From positions 220,054 through 284,053 of the forward strand of contig NIVC01000785.1 of assembly GCA_002269645.1 (NCBI GenBank): DNA of 64,000 nucleotides. The letters run 5' to 3'. The first letter of the stretch is position 1. Each line of letters opens with the position of its first letter. This DNA comes from Macrostomum lignano. Its lineage: Eukaryota. The notes beneath the pieces were generated by a model. The model ran no database searches, was not told the DNA's origin, and saw only the letters and a list, made by a program, of their open reading frames with translations. Position numbers and translations under genes: made by a program. This document shows, in pieces, positions 1-10,651 of this stretch.

Positions 1-32
1 GTTCAATTGCTGGATGTACTACTAGGAATCTA

Positions 33-820
33 CCCTGATGCTGTACACAGTGTCACTGATGCTGTACACAGTGTCACTGATGCTGTACACAGTGTCCCTG
101 ATGCTGTACACAGTGTCACTGATGCTGTACACAGTGTCCCTGATGCTGTACACAGTGTCACTGATGCTGTGCACAGTGTCACTGATGCTGTACACAGTGT
201 CCCTGATGCTGTACACAGTGTCACTGATGCTGTACACTGTCCCTGATGCTGTACACAGTGTCACTGATGCTGTACACAGTGTCCCTGATGCTGTACACAG
301 TGTCCCTGATGCTGTACACAGTGTCCCTGATGCTGTACACAGTGTCCCTGATGCTGTACACAGTGTCCCTGATGCTGTACACAGTGTCACTGATGCTGTA
401 CACAGTGTCACTGATGCTGTGCAGTGTCACTGATGCTGTACGCAGTGTCCCTGATGCTGTACACAGTGTCACTGATGCTATACACAGTGTCCCTTATGTT
501 GTACACAGTGTCCCTTATGTTGTACACAGTGTCCCTTATGTTGTACACAGTGTCCCTGATGCTGTACACAGTGTCACTGATGCTGTACACAGTGTCCCTG
601 ATGCTGTACACAGTGTCACTGATGCTGTAAACAGTGTCACTGATGCTGTACACAGTGTCCCTGATGCTGTACACAGTCCCTTATGTTGTACACAGTGTCC
701 CTTATGTTGTACACAGTGTCCCTTATGTTGTACGCAGTGTCCCTGATGCTGTACACAGTGTCCCTTATGTTGTACACAGTGTCCATGATGCTGTACACAG
801 TGTCACTGATGTTGTACACA
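33..820. repeat. 21-bp minisatellite (CTGATGCTGTACACAGTGTC[A/C]), about 37 units
   Basis: Direct periodicity; produces the 7-aa-periodic ORFs at 7-894. Confidence 0.97.
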
Positions 821-976
821 ATATTCCTCTGTACCCGATCCTGAACACCATATCCCAAGTGGCAGTGTCCCTGATCCCGTACAAAACACCATAAATATCA
901 AAGTCGGAGTTTAACTTACACAATAAAGCGAAACAGCTCCAGCAGTTGCAGGTCGCTCAGAAAGTAAAGTGCTCGC

Positions 977-1672
977 TTAGCTGATGTACAGGGTGTTGAG
1001 CACCAATACGTGGTGATTGTTTTTAGCCAGGGTCACCACATAGCCCTCGCCAGTGATCTTCAGGCCGCAGCAGCGGGACACTTTCACAGTCGGGCACTCG
1101 AACTCGGAGGTCAGCTGGCCCAGCCTGTTAAACACGGCCACGTGGAATTTGTTGCCATGGGAATCGCCGACTAGAACGTCGCCGTGGTCGCTAATGTCGA
1201 TGCCGTTAGGGAAATTGGTGATAGCCTCGGAGCCGATGCGGCGAAGGTACACGCCATCCTCCTGGAACACGCAGACGCAGTGGCCCTTGAAGTCGCAGAT
1301 GAAATACTCGTTACCGTGGATAGCGATATCAGACGGCTCGCGCATATAGCTGGAACAGTCGAACCATTTCACCAGATCGCCAGCCTCGGCGATGACAAAC
1401 ACGGTTGGCGACACGGAGTCCACGGCGACGATGTGCTGCTTACTGTTGATAGCCAGGCCGGCCACAATGTCAATGTAGCGGATGGTGATTTTGCGCAGGA
1501 AATTGCCGGACCGGCTGAAGATCTGCATACGGCTGCGCTCGCTGCCGCGGTCGCACACGATGAACTTGCCAGTTTGGCGGGCCACCACCACTTTGCGCGG
1601 ATACCAGAGCTGGCCCTCCTCTCGGCCGGGCACGCCGAATTGGAATTTGTGCTCGCCGGATTTTTCGAATAC
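977..1672 (-). CDS. mei-P26: TRIM-NHL (mei-P26/NHL-2 type) last exon, NHL repeats
   Basis: Acceptor ttgcgcag|GTA at 1673/1672; [28 protein letters not shown]...[20 protein letters not shown] at 977-979. The motifs match the Mei-P26/NHL-2 NHL domain as I recall it, not Brat or LIN-41. Confidence 0.92.
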   Translation of the reverse strand, partial: VFEKSGEHKFQFGVPGREEGQLWYPRKVVVARQTGKFIVCDRGSERSRMQIFSRSGNFLRKITIRYIDIVAGLAINSKQHIVAVDSVSPTVFVIAEAGDLVKWFDCSSYMREPSDIAIHGNEYFICDFKGHCVCVFQEDGVYLRRIGSEAITNFPNGIDISDHGDVLVGDSHGNKFHVAVFNRLGQLTSEFECPTVKVSRCCGLKITGEGYVVTLAKNNHHVLVLNTLYIS

Positions 1673-1799
1673 CTGCGCAACAAATATGGGAGTCAGGCTT
1701 TTTTCTAACTACTACTATCAGTACTAAGTAGAGAGAGTCACGTAGGGTATCCAATTGAATCGTTTGAGTCATTGTACGCGACTCTTGTGGCGACTCAAA

Positions 1800-1945
1800 T
1801 CGGGCTTTCAAGGGAGCAGCTCTCAGCGCCACGACCCCCTTGCTTCGATTCCGTGCGCAGCATATCCCGGCCAACACCCAAGAGAGTGTACATGCCTGAC
1901 GATTAGAAAGTCAGGGCTGCTGTACACTCTGTGTGGGCGTGTGCT
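1800..1945 (+). mobile_element. Degenerate, internally deleted SINE relative in mei-P26 intron
   Basis: Shares B-box-like 'ttcgattcc' and the GTGTACA...TGTACAC hairpin with the SINE at 5884-6245. Confidence 0.55.
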
Positions 1946-2008
1946 CATATGTTTTGTTACGCTACTAAGAATTCGTATTTAGAAAATTTTGTCTGTTCTC
2001 TTTTTTAC

Positions 2009-2641
2009 CTGAACTCGATGATTTTGCGTGTCGGCCACAACAATTTCTTCGTCAACGCCCAGACAGAAGCCGTGGGGCGAATTGAACTGACCCCTAGACG
2101 AGCCCAGCGAGCCCCAACGATGCCGTACAGTCATCGAAGAGCAGCGGCCCATGCGATTAGGGTAAGAGCTACTGCCGCCGCCGCCGCTAGCAGAGGATTG
2201 CAGCGGGCTGCCCAGACTGCCGGGCGCTCCGCCGCCTGTGATGACGCCGCCGCCAGTCGCGGCGCCGAAATCCAGGCTGCCAGTCGGCGTGCCAGTTCGA
2301 CCAATGGCGGCGGCGGCCGCTGCTGCCGCGGCGGTGCTGAGAGCAGCGGGATCCGTGACCAGCTGCAGCTTGGCGGCTAGCATAGAGCTCAGCAGCGCAT
2401 CGGAGCCGTTGCTAAGGCCGCTGTCCGAGCCGGGGGCGCCGGGGCTTGGCTGCGATTGCGTCGGTGGCGGCAGGCCAAACAGGGCCGGGTTGCTGTAGGC
2501 GGCGGCGGCCGCGGCTACGGCGGCAACCGAAGGGTTGGAGGATGCGTGCGCGGCATCGAGTGCCGGCTCAGAGACCGCGACGGCGCCTTCGACATCGGCG
2601 GCGCCGACACTGCCAGCAACGGACGCGACAATCGAGGTAGC
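2009..2641 (-). CDS. mei-P26: TRIM-NHL exon: Ala/Gly/Ser linker plus first NHL repeat
   Basis: Acceptor ctctctttag|GCT; 211 codons ending GQFNSPHGFCLGVDEEIVVADTQNHRVQ|gtaaaa; phase 0 at both ends. Confidence 0.9.
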
Positions 2642-2664
2642 CTAAAGAGAGGGCAGAGGCGGTG

Positions 2665-3870
2665 CCCCAATGAATAACCAGGGGGAGGGGGTGGGTGCGA
2701 GAGAGAGGCGGTGGCCATATAAATAATCAGGTGGGGTGGCTGCGAGACAGAGGCGGTGGCCCTATAAATAATCAGGGGGGTGGCTGCGGGACAGAGGCGG
2801 TGGCCCTATAAATAATCAGGGGGTGGCTGCGAGACAGAGGCGGTGGCCCTATAAATAATCAGGTGGGGTGGCTGCGGGACAGAGGCGGTGGCCCTATAAA
2901 TAATCAGGGGGTGGCTGCGAGACAGAGGCGGTGGCCCTATAAATAATCAGGGGGTGGCTGCGGGACAGAGGCGGTGGCCATATAAATAATCAGGGGGGTG
3001 GCTGCGAGACAGAGGCGGTGGCCCTATAAATAATCAGGTGGGGTGGCTGCGAGACAGAGGCGGTGGCCCTATCAATAATTAGGGGGGGTGGCTGCGGGAC
3101 AGAGGCGGTGGCCATATAAATAATCAGGGGGGTGGCTGCGAGACAGAGGCGGTGGCCCTATAAATAATCAGGTGGGGTGGCTGCGAGACAGAGGCGGTGG
3201 CCCTATAAATAATCAGGGGGGTGGCTGCGGGACAGAGGCGGTGGCCATATAAATAATCAGGGGGGTGGCTGCGAGACAGAGGCGGTGGCCCTATAAATAA
3301 TCAGGGGGGTGGCTGCGGGACAGAGGCGGTGGCCATATAAATAATCAGGGGGTGGCTGCGGGACAGAGGCGGTGGCCATATAAATAATCAGGGGGTGGCT
3401 GCGGGACAGAGGCGGTGGCCATATAAATAATCAGGGGGTGGCTGCGGGACAGAGGCGGTGGCCATATAAATAATCAGGGGGTGGCTGCGGGACAGAGGCG
3501 GTGGCCATATAAATAATCAGGGGGGTGGCTGCGGGACAGAGGCGGTGGCCATATAAATAATCAGGGGGGTGGCTGCGGGACAGAGGCGGTGGCTATTTAA
3601 TAATCAGGGGGGTGGCTGCGGGACAGAGGCGGTGGCTATATAAATAATCAGGGGGTGGCTGCGGGACAGAGGCGGTGGCCATATAAATAATCAGGGGGCT
3701 GGCTGCGGGACAGAAGCGGTGGCCCTATAAATAATCAGGGGGGGGGGTGGCTGCGGGACAGAAGCGGTGGCCCTATAAATAATCAGGGGGGTGGCTGCGG
3801 GACAGAAGCGGTTGCCCTATAAATAATCAGGGGGGTGGCTGCGAGACAGAGACGGTGGTCCTATAAAAAA
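2665..3870. repeat. About 43-bp intronic minisatellite (AATCAGGGGGGTGGCTGCGGGACAGAGGCGGTGGCCCTATAAAT), about 28 units
   Basis: Direct periodicity; fills intron 2642-3913. Confidence 0.97.
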
Positions 3871-3913
3871 CAGAGGGTGGTGGGAATGGGCCAAGTCGCT
3901 GTTCAGGTCTCAC

Positions 3914-4393
3914 CTGCAGGTCTCCAGCCGTGGTGGTGGTCACGGGAGCTGCAGCAGAAGCAGCAGTGACAGTGCCAGAATTAATCTGAGCCCTATCGCT
4001 GCCAAAAGTGCCGAAATTGGCCATTACAATGGCTTTAAAACTGGGATGATTGGCCGTGAAGGGCACTGATGTGGGCAGGTCAGTGTCCCAGTGGGCCCGG
4101 AGCAGAGTGGCAGACCAGTCGTGCAGCACTTTAGCAGCGTAGGCCAGCACAACGGGCCCGGCCCGGTCAGTATACGCCTGTACAAAGCTGGCAGCCTCGG
4201 CCATCTGCTCGGCGCCTTTGGCAGTGTGCTCCATTAGCTCCATAGCGCGCATCTCAAGCTCGGAATGGACTCGACGATTCTCTTCAAGAAATCGTTTGCC
4301 AGCTTCGTCTAAGAAGGCCCGATAGCTGGCCAGGGCCTCCTTGATGGCGCCTTCGTTGTGCTGGCGGCTGTCGGCGATTTCGGACAAGCGCTC
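3914..4393 (-). CDS. mei-P26: TRIM-NHL exon: coiled-coil
   Basis: ttctcag|GAG ... CTGCAG|gtgaga; 160 codons ERLSEIADSRQHNEGAIKEALASY..., phase 0. Confidence 0.85.
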
Positions 4394-4606
4394 CTGAGAA
4401 GGGGGTAGAGAGATTGCCGCTAAACTGTGTTAATATGAAATGCTATCTGTACTACTCAGTGCATTTAGTAAAAGCTTCTGCGCATAACTTTTAAAAGTGT
4501 AAATTCATACGATATGAAGAATAGCAATATCCATTAATTATATTTGGACTTAAGCGTGTATGGTGTTTATCTGTCTTTACTAGAGGCAGGTATAAAAATA
4601 CAGTAC

Positions 4607-4902
4607 TAGTGATAGACCGAATGTGGATTTATGCAAGCTTCCGAAACCGAATCCGAATGTACAAAAAATTCCGAATTCGAATGTGTTTCCGAATGTAAGC
4701 AAAGTAAAGGGTGAACGGCGGGAGTAACTATGACACTTTTAAGTAACGAAAATGCCTTGTCGTCTAACTAATGATCTAAGTAAGCAACTAGACTACTCTT
4801 TAAGTGAAATTCAAGTGAAATTGCAAGGATTGAAACTTAATAGAGACTAAATAAGTTTGAATAAGCGAGACATTTTTTTCGGATTCGGCGGATTCATCAA
4901 TA
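4607..4902. mobile_element. hAT-like MITE
   Basis: Ends TAGTGATA... / ...CATCAATA, subterminal CCGAAT repeats, flanks TACAGTAC (4599-4606) and TACAGTAG (4903-4910). Confidence 0.6.
4709..4775 (+). pseudogene. Decayed 28S/LSU rRNA fragment (helix 69-71 region)
   Basis: GGGTGAACGGCGGGAGTAACTATGACACTTTTAAGTAACGAAAATGCCTTGTCGTCTAA versus conserved 28S GGGTAAACGGCGGGAGTAACTATGACTCTCTTAAGGTAGCCAAATGCCTCGTCATCTAA. Confidence 0.8.
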
Positions 4903-4991
4903 TACAGTAGATATGAAACAGCTTTTGAAAACGCACTGTACTTACATCAATGAATATAAAATGTGTACTAAAACAAACATGGATGACCAAC

Positions 4992-5195
4992 CTGCAGTTT
5001 ATCCTGCTCTCGCTCCCAACGCCGCCGACTATCGCGCAGAGATCGAGCGTCTTGGCTAAGCAGAGTCTGCAGTTCGGCACCGGCAGTGGTAGCCTGATCA
5101 ATATTGTGCAGCTTGTGCCCGGTGGCCACACATTCCGGGCAGTGAAGACTGCCACAATCACGGCAGTAGTATTTCAGCTGATCGGCTGGGTGCTC
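4992..5195 (-). CDS. mei-P26: TRIM-NHL exon: B-box 2 (absent from the ORF track)
   Basis: caaccag|GAG ... CAG|gttggt; hand translation EHPADQLKYYCRDCGSLHCPECVATGHKLH...EQDKLQ (68 aa). Confidence 0.87.
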
Positions 5196-5279
5196 CTGGT
5201 TGGGATGGGTGGGGACAGGTTTAATGGTTTGAAATCGATCGCATAGAAGCTAGATAATGCCAACCATTCATACATGTAC

Positions 5280-5504
5280 CTGGCAATAAATAGGCTTATG
5301 CAGCAGTCCGCTATCAGCCTCGGGGTCGCTACCCGGCTGCTCAAGATCTTTCACGTGGTGACGGCTGAACATTTTCATAACGGAATGCGCCTGTCGGCAG
5401 GTGCTGCACAGATAATCGGCGCATTCACGACACTTGGCCACGGCCTCCGCTCCGGTGGTGCAGCCGCCGCATTTCACCTCGGCTAGATGGGAGCCTTGCA
5501 GTTC
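5280..5504 (-). CDS. mei-P26: TRIM-NHL exon: B-box 1
   Basis: gcgcag|GAA ... CAG|gtacat; CGGC...CRECADYLCSTCRQAH...H pattern. Confidence 0.9.
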
Positions 5505-5883
5505 CTGCGCGGATGAAAAGGATGGGGGAATACTATAATTAGGCCAGGGTACAATAATGTAACACCAGTACTGAGTAATACCGAGGTTTGAGCTTGTAAA
5601 GTTGATCGCCACACACACACCCTCAGTTACCCCAGCTAATGCTGGCACCCATTTTACAGCTGGTCCTGCTCAAGGACGCATATCACGGTACAAGTCGCTA
5701 AAAAGTCGTCAAAGAGTTGCCTAAGAATCAATTTGAAGCGTTTTATCGTCTAAGACTTTGAAATGATTCTGGGGCGACGGTATAACGACTTTCGGGTCGT
5801 ATAGTCACTGAGTTGCGTTCGAAGCGCATTTGCATTGCTTGATGAATTAGAGTCACATCACGTGACGCGCTTTTGACGCTTTT

Positions 5884-6245
5884 GCCGTAGCCCAGCGGTC
5901 TAGCGCAGCTGCTCTGGTGTGCCAGCGACCCAGGCTCGATTCCAAGTGCAGTCACATTAATTTGGGGCTCAATTGGAATCTCGGCTTGGCTCTGCTCGTG
6001 CAATTAACGGCCTTGAGAGCCAACCCCCCAAGGCGCAGTGAAGTGTACATGCCTAACGATAAAATAAAGTTAGGGCCGCTGTACACTCCTGTGTGAGTGT
6101 GTGCCTGCGTACGTATCCGCGCGCTTGTGTGCCTGCTCAGGGGAGTCGGCGGAATGGGCAGTAATGCCTCTCGCCGGTTGTGTGCCTATGTCGCTTAAAG
6201 TGCGCCAGGGTGCACACAACCCCCTGCCTCTAATAAGAAAAAAAA
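5884..6245 (+). mobile_element. tRNA-derived SINE, apparently full length
   Basis: A-box-like TAGCCCAGCGG, B-box-like GGCTCGATTCC, central hairpin, 3' stem GTTGTGTGC/GCACACAAC, A-rich tail; related copies elsewhere in the window. Confidence 0.75.
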
Positions 6246-6273
6246 TTAAATCGCAACAAACTTAACAACTCAC

Positions 6274-6684
6274 CTGCAAGTACAGGTGATCTCTAGTCAG
6301 GCCAGCCAGTCCAGCCTCCGGATTAAGCACGGTAGGAGTCTGGCAGCGCGGACAGAACAGCAGGAAACCGCCAGCCGCGGCAGCCTGAGCGGCCTCCAGA
6401 CAGGGCAAATCGAACCGGTGCAGACAGGCCAGAATCACCGGCTCGGTCAGCTGACGCTGGCACAGGGAGCATTCCGAGTTCGCGCCGCCGATTATCGCGT
6501 CTGCGCCGTTACCGCCGCCGCCGCTACCGCCGGCGCTGCTGCCGGCCCGGCCGCCGTCGCCGCTGCCGTTCAAGCCGGAGCCATTGATGTCGTCGTCGGC
6601 GTCGCTGCCGAAAGTTTCGCGCAGAAGGTTCTGGAAAATCAGTGGCAATGGGCCGGTAGGCTCTATCAATAAATTATTATTCAT
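6274..6684 (-). CDS. mei-P26: TRIM-NHL exon: RING-like domain (5' boundary uncertain)
   Basis: CSLC...CLHRFDLPC...CPRC; donor CAG|gtgagt at 6274/6273 is in phase with the B-box 1 exon. ATG at 6684 or an upstream acceptor; unresolved. Confidence 0.75.
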
Positions 6685-6894
6685 ATTCTTACCGACTCTT
6701 CTCAGTGATCGGATGAGATAAAAATAATCCGGATCAGGATCCCATGTTATGAATTTTGGATTAATGGTGTCATTTCGGATACTGTCCAATCTGTAACTAG
6801 AATTAGAGGATCGGACAAAGGAAGCAAAACGTTCGGGAGTTGGTACCGTCCCATTTTCACTGGAATTATTCTAGGCCCTTAGGACTAGGAGGCT

Positions 6895-6927
6895 AAGACA
6901 GACAGACAGACAATCAAAAAGGCAGGC

Positions 6928-6958
<31 letters not shown>

Positions 6959-7160
6959 AACTCAGAGAGGCAGAAAGACAGACAGACAGACAGAAACTCA
7001 GAGAGGCAGACAGGCAGACATACCGACAGACACTCGGAGAGGCAGACGGACAACTCATGCAGTAAGACCGACAGGTAGATAATCAGAAAGGCAAACAGAC
7101 AGACAGACAGGTAATCAGAAAGGCAGACAGACAGCCACTCAGAGGCAGACAGACACACTA
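6895..7160. repeat. Degenerate (CAGA)n microsatellite
   Basis: Direct. Confidence 0.9.
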
Positions 7161-7250
7161 AGACATACTAGCCAAAACGTGACTGCTGATTGGCGAGATG
7201 CACATTGGGGATCATACAATACATGGGCAAAGAAAGCAAGCTAAACTAAC

Positions 7251-7466
7251 CTGGTCGTCTTCTTCCTCCTCGCCGCCATTGCCGCCGAGAAGGCACTCGC
7301 CAGCATTCTCTAAAGCATCTCCGGCGGAGCGCAGGTCGTCCCCTGGGATGCCTAAACCGCTGCCAGAGTCGTTGCCAGAGGCTGAGCCATTATTCATCAT
7401 CATTAGCAGGGAGACCTCGCGATCTTCAAGTAGGTCTTCCACAGCATGCGCCATATCGTCGGACAT
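7251..7466 (-). CDS. Possible first exon of the TRIM-NHL gene
   Basis: GC-rich ATG-started 72 codons ending at donor CAG|gttagt; no strong phase-0 acceptor links it to the RING exon. Confidence 0.45.
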
Positions 7467-8924
7467 TTTTAAACTACTTGCACTGATTCCCTGACAAGTG
7501 CTGTATATAAACAGTTATAACTGTCCAAATCTTCCTCTTAAATTTAATATACTTTCCGTTGGCACTTTAGAAATTAAAAAACGTAGAAGTGAAGCTACTA
7601 AACTGAGCGATTTTATAATTAGCACTGCACTGGCGTCCTTAGAGATCTAGATGCTGCCAAAATTGAGATGAAAATTGGCAGGCATGAATCAACAAATAGG
7701 ATTTATGCAACTTCAATAGTCTGATACTTTTACAATGCACCACAAAATTACTGCCATGCAGCTACACTGCAAAAGTAGTATATGATTTTGAAATGCTATG
7801 AAAAACATTAAGTATAATCTATGTTGCTTAACACAATGAAGTCTACTTAGAGCTCTGACTTAAAATATAAAAATTATATATAAAATTTACTGATTGAATA
7901 CAATAACTATATAGTGTAAATATAATAGCTAATATAAAGACATGTTAAAATTGTGCAAAACCAAACTAACCATGCTAGCAACAATAAAAAATTGTTGTAT
8001 TTGTATTAAAGCCCTTAAAGGCACAGGTAAACAGTCAGGAAATTGAGTTGAATGACTGCTTGAGTTATGAGTCAAATATATCTGCCTTGTAATGAATGAC
8101 TTACTATTGATTAAGTCTATATACCTGACTGATAGCAGACTTCAGGCCAAAGACATCTTTCAAACTGTTACTTAGCTGACTATTATTTTGTTTATTACAA
8201 TATATGACAAATATGATATTACCCATTGGTTTTGAGTTTAGAAAAACATAGTGATAAGATAATCAGATAATGAACTTATTTTTTAATATAAACAATTGAC
8301 AACTTATGCTAGAAGCATGAGCATATCTAAAATAATCCCCACATATCTTCATGAACAATAATTTTTCATTTATACTAGCAATCTAGTGCCTCCCTTTGAG
8401 GCATGCAATAAGCAAGGAGCAAAAATTATTGATGCAAATCAATTATAAAGCACATTTCCTTAGGAACAATTTTTTCTTCAGTTTTATAAATCACCTTATT
8501 CAATTAAAATTGTCACACACAAAGATGTTTGCTAAGAATCTCTTTTTTGTAAAAAAAATAACAAAAATACAGTAAAAAAAGCCTTTATAAAGATAACATG
8601 CATTTGTCTCTTTGACACCTGCTCAGAGCTAGTGAATGCTAAGCTTGGGTAGGCCTGAGTTCTAAGCACAAACAGCAACAAAACAGCAATAAAACAGCAA
8701 GAAAAATGAATTTTTAAAGGCCTTTTTTCTGCTATTTATTAAGACTTTAAACTCAAATTAAGCACTTGGAATTGTGCTATCTGGAAAAAAGCAATAAGAA
8801 ATTTAATGATTAAATAATCACAAAAGCTATATAGACCATAGTATACTTTAAGTGAAATTGTCACACAACTGGCAAGAGGCATTACTTACTATCCATTCCA
8901 CAAACTCCACTTGAGCAGAAGGAT

Positions 8925-9960
8925 AGAAATGAGCTTGCTGAGAAGGATAGAAAGGATAGAGGAGAGGGGATAAGAGGGGAAGAGAGGAGTGAGAAGAGAT
9001 GAGATAGAGATAAGAGAGTGGTGAAAGAAGAGGGGAGAAAGGAGATATGAGAGTAGAGGGAAGAGGAGAGAGGAAAGAGATGAGGTTGTAGAGATGAGAG
9101 TAGAGATGAGAGATAAAAGAGGAGAGAGGAGAGTGCAAAAAAGACAAGAGAAGAGAAGAAGGTAGAGAGTATAGAAGAGGGAAGAGAAGAGAAGAGCAAG
9201 GAAAGAGAGGAGTCAGAAGAGGGGAAAGAGAAGAGTACAGAGGAGATAAGTGAAAGAACATATAAGAGAGTAAATATGACAAATGAGAGAGCTGCGAGAG
9301 CAGAGATAAGAATGAACAGATGAGAGACAGGAGAGTAGAGAGAACAGAGGAGAGATAAGAGATTATAGAGACTAGAGGAAAGAGGAGAGACAGGGAGAGA
9401 AATGAGTGAGGAGAGAAAAGAGGAAAGAGGAGAATAGAGGGGAGAAAGTAGAGAAGAGAAGAGAGATGGGAGGAGAGAAAAAAGAGAGAGAGAAAGAAAG
9501 AGCAGAGCAGAGAGAAATGAGAAGAGATAAGAGAGAAAAGATAAAAGAAAAGAAAGGAGATGAGATAGCAGACAAGAGAGAAGAGAGGTAAGGGAAGAGA
9601 CGAGAGATGAGGGGAGAGAGGAGATATTAAACAAGAAAAGAGATGACAGGAAAGAGGAGAGATAAACCAAGAAAAGAGATGAGGAAAGAGAGAGAGGAGA
9701 GTGGAGAGGAGAAGAAAGAGATGAGAGAAAAGGGGGAGAGGAGAGAGAAAAGAAGAGAGATATAAGATAAGAACAAGAAGATAAGAAGATAAGATAAGAT
9801 AAGAAGATAAGAAGACAAGATAAGAAAGATAAGATGGATGAGGGAAGATATGAGAGAAGAGGGGAGAGAGGAGAGAGGAGAGAAGAAAAGAGATAAGAGG
9901 AGAAAGAGAAGAAAAAAGAGACAAGGGAGAGAGATGAGAGGAAACAGAAGAGAAGATACA
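8925..9960. repeat. About 1-kb polypurine (GA-rich) low-complexity tract
   Basis: Almost only A/G on +; source of the Leu/Ser/Phe ORFs. Confidence 0.95.
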
Positions 9961-10269
9961 AATTGCAATGGATCCAAGGGACGTAGGGAGAGTCAGAGGC
10001 AGAGGCCAGAGTTTGCCAATACATGTTTTAGAGTCAGATAGACATTGCTTGACATTCTGCATAGCATCTCAGCCAACAATATCAAATGTTTGCCTGAAAT
10101 CCTAATTTTACAAAAACGTACTCCATTTTATGTGTACTCTATCTTACAAACTTTTAACAAGTTTGTTTGAGTATGGCCTTAGATTTCAAAGCCTATGCAC
10201 AAATATTTTAGGGAATTGGAATTCACTGGGTTCAAAATCCACGGGTTTCAAAAGCTTATATACTATAAA

Positions 10270-10398
10270 TTTCAGTGTTTTGCACAAGCAAAGCCAAGCC
10301 AAAGTTTCAATTTAGCCTACAAATTAATGTGACTAAACTTGGAATCAAGCCTGGGCTATTGGCATATCAGAGTGCCATACTATACCTCTAGACTAAGC
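10270..10398 (-). mobile_element. 5' fragment of the same SINE family
   Basis: Reverse complement ...CCCAGGCTTGATTCCAAGTTTAGTCACATTAATTTG...GGCTTGGCTTTGCTTGTGC aligns by eye to about 5900-6002. Confidence 0.75.
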
Positions 10399-10651
10399 CT
10401 TTTAAATTAAAGTCAAATGTTCAAAATGCCATATATCCTCAATTCAAAATGTGCTTACAAATTGTTAGGCCTTTCTTATCTAACTTAAGTATTATATAGG
10501 GGATAATTATATATTTTAAATATTCTGATAAAAACTTAACTATAAAAAAGAAAACTTATTATAATATAAATTATTTTTATATAACTTGCTATATCTTATT
10601 ATAAAAAGTAATCATATCATTAATATAACTTTTATATTCCTTTTTTAAATT

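Noticed and set aside
1894-1915. Hammerhead ribozyme core (CTGACGA...GAAA)
   Set aside because: Only 3 nt lie between the motifs, so there is no stem II, and the sister copy at 6052-6074 lacks the core.
977-2641. Calling the NHL gene brat or lin-41
   Set aside because: The FNSPHGFCLG, LWYPRKV and SRCCGLKIT motifs plus a RING domain fit Mei-P26/NHL-2 better.
4709-4775. Functional rRNA gene
   Set aside because: About 67 nt, with substitutions and an indel at conserved positions, and no flanking rDNA.
5884-5955. Functional tRNA gene
   Set aside because: Degenerate boxes and stems; continues into a SINE body shared with other copies.
8848-10062. 404- and 380-aa Leu/Ser/Phe ORFs (also 30227-30736)
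   Set aside because: Artefacts of polypurine or polypyrimidine tracts.
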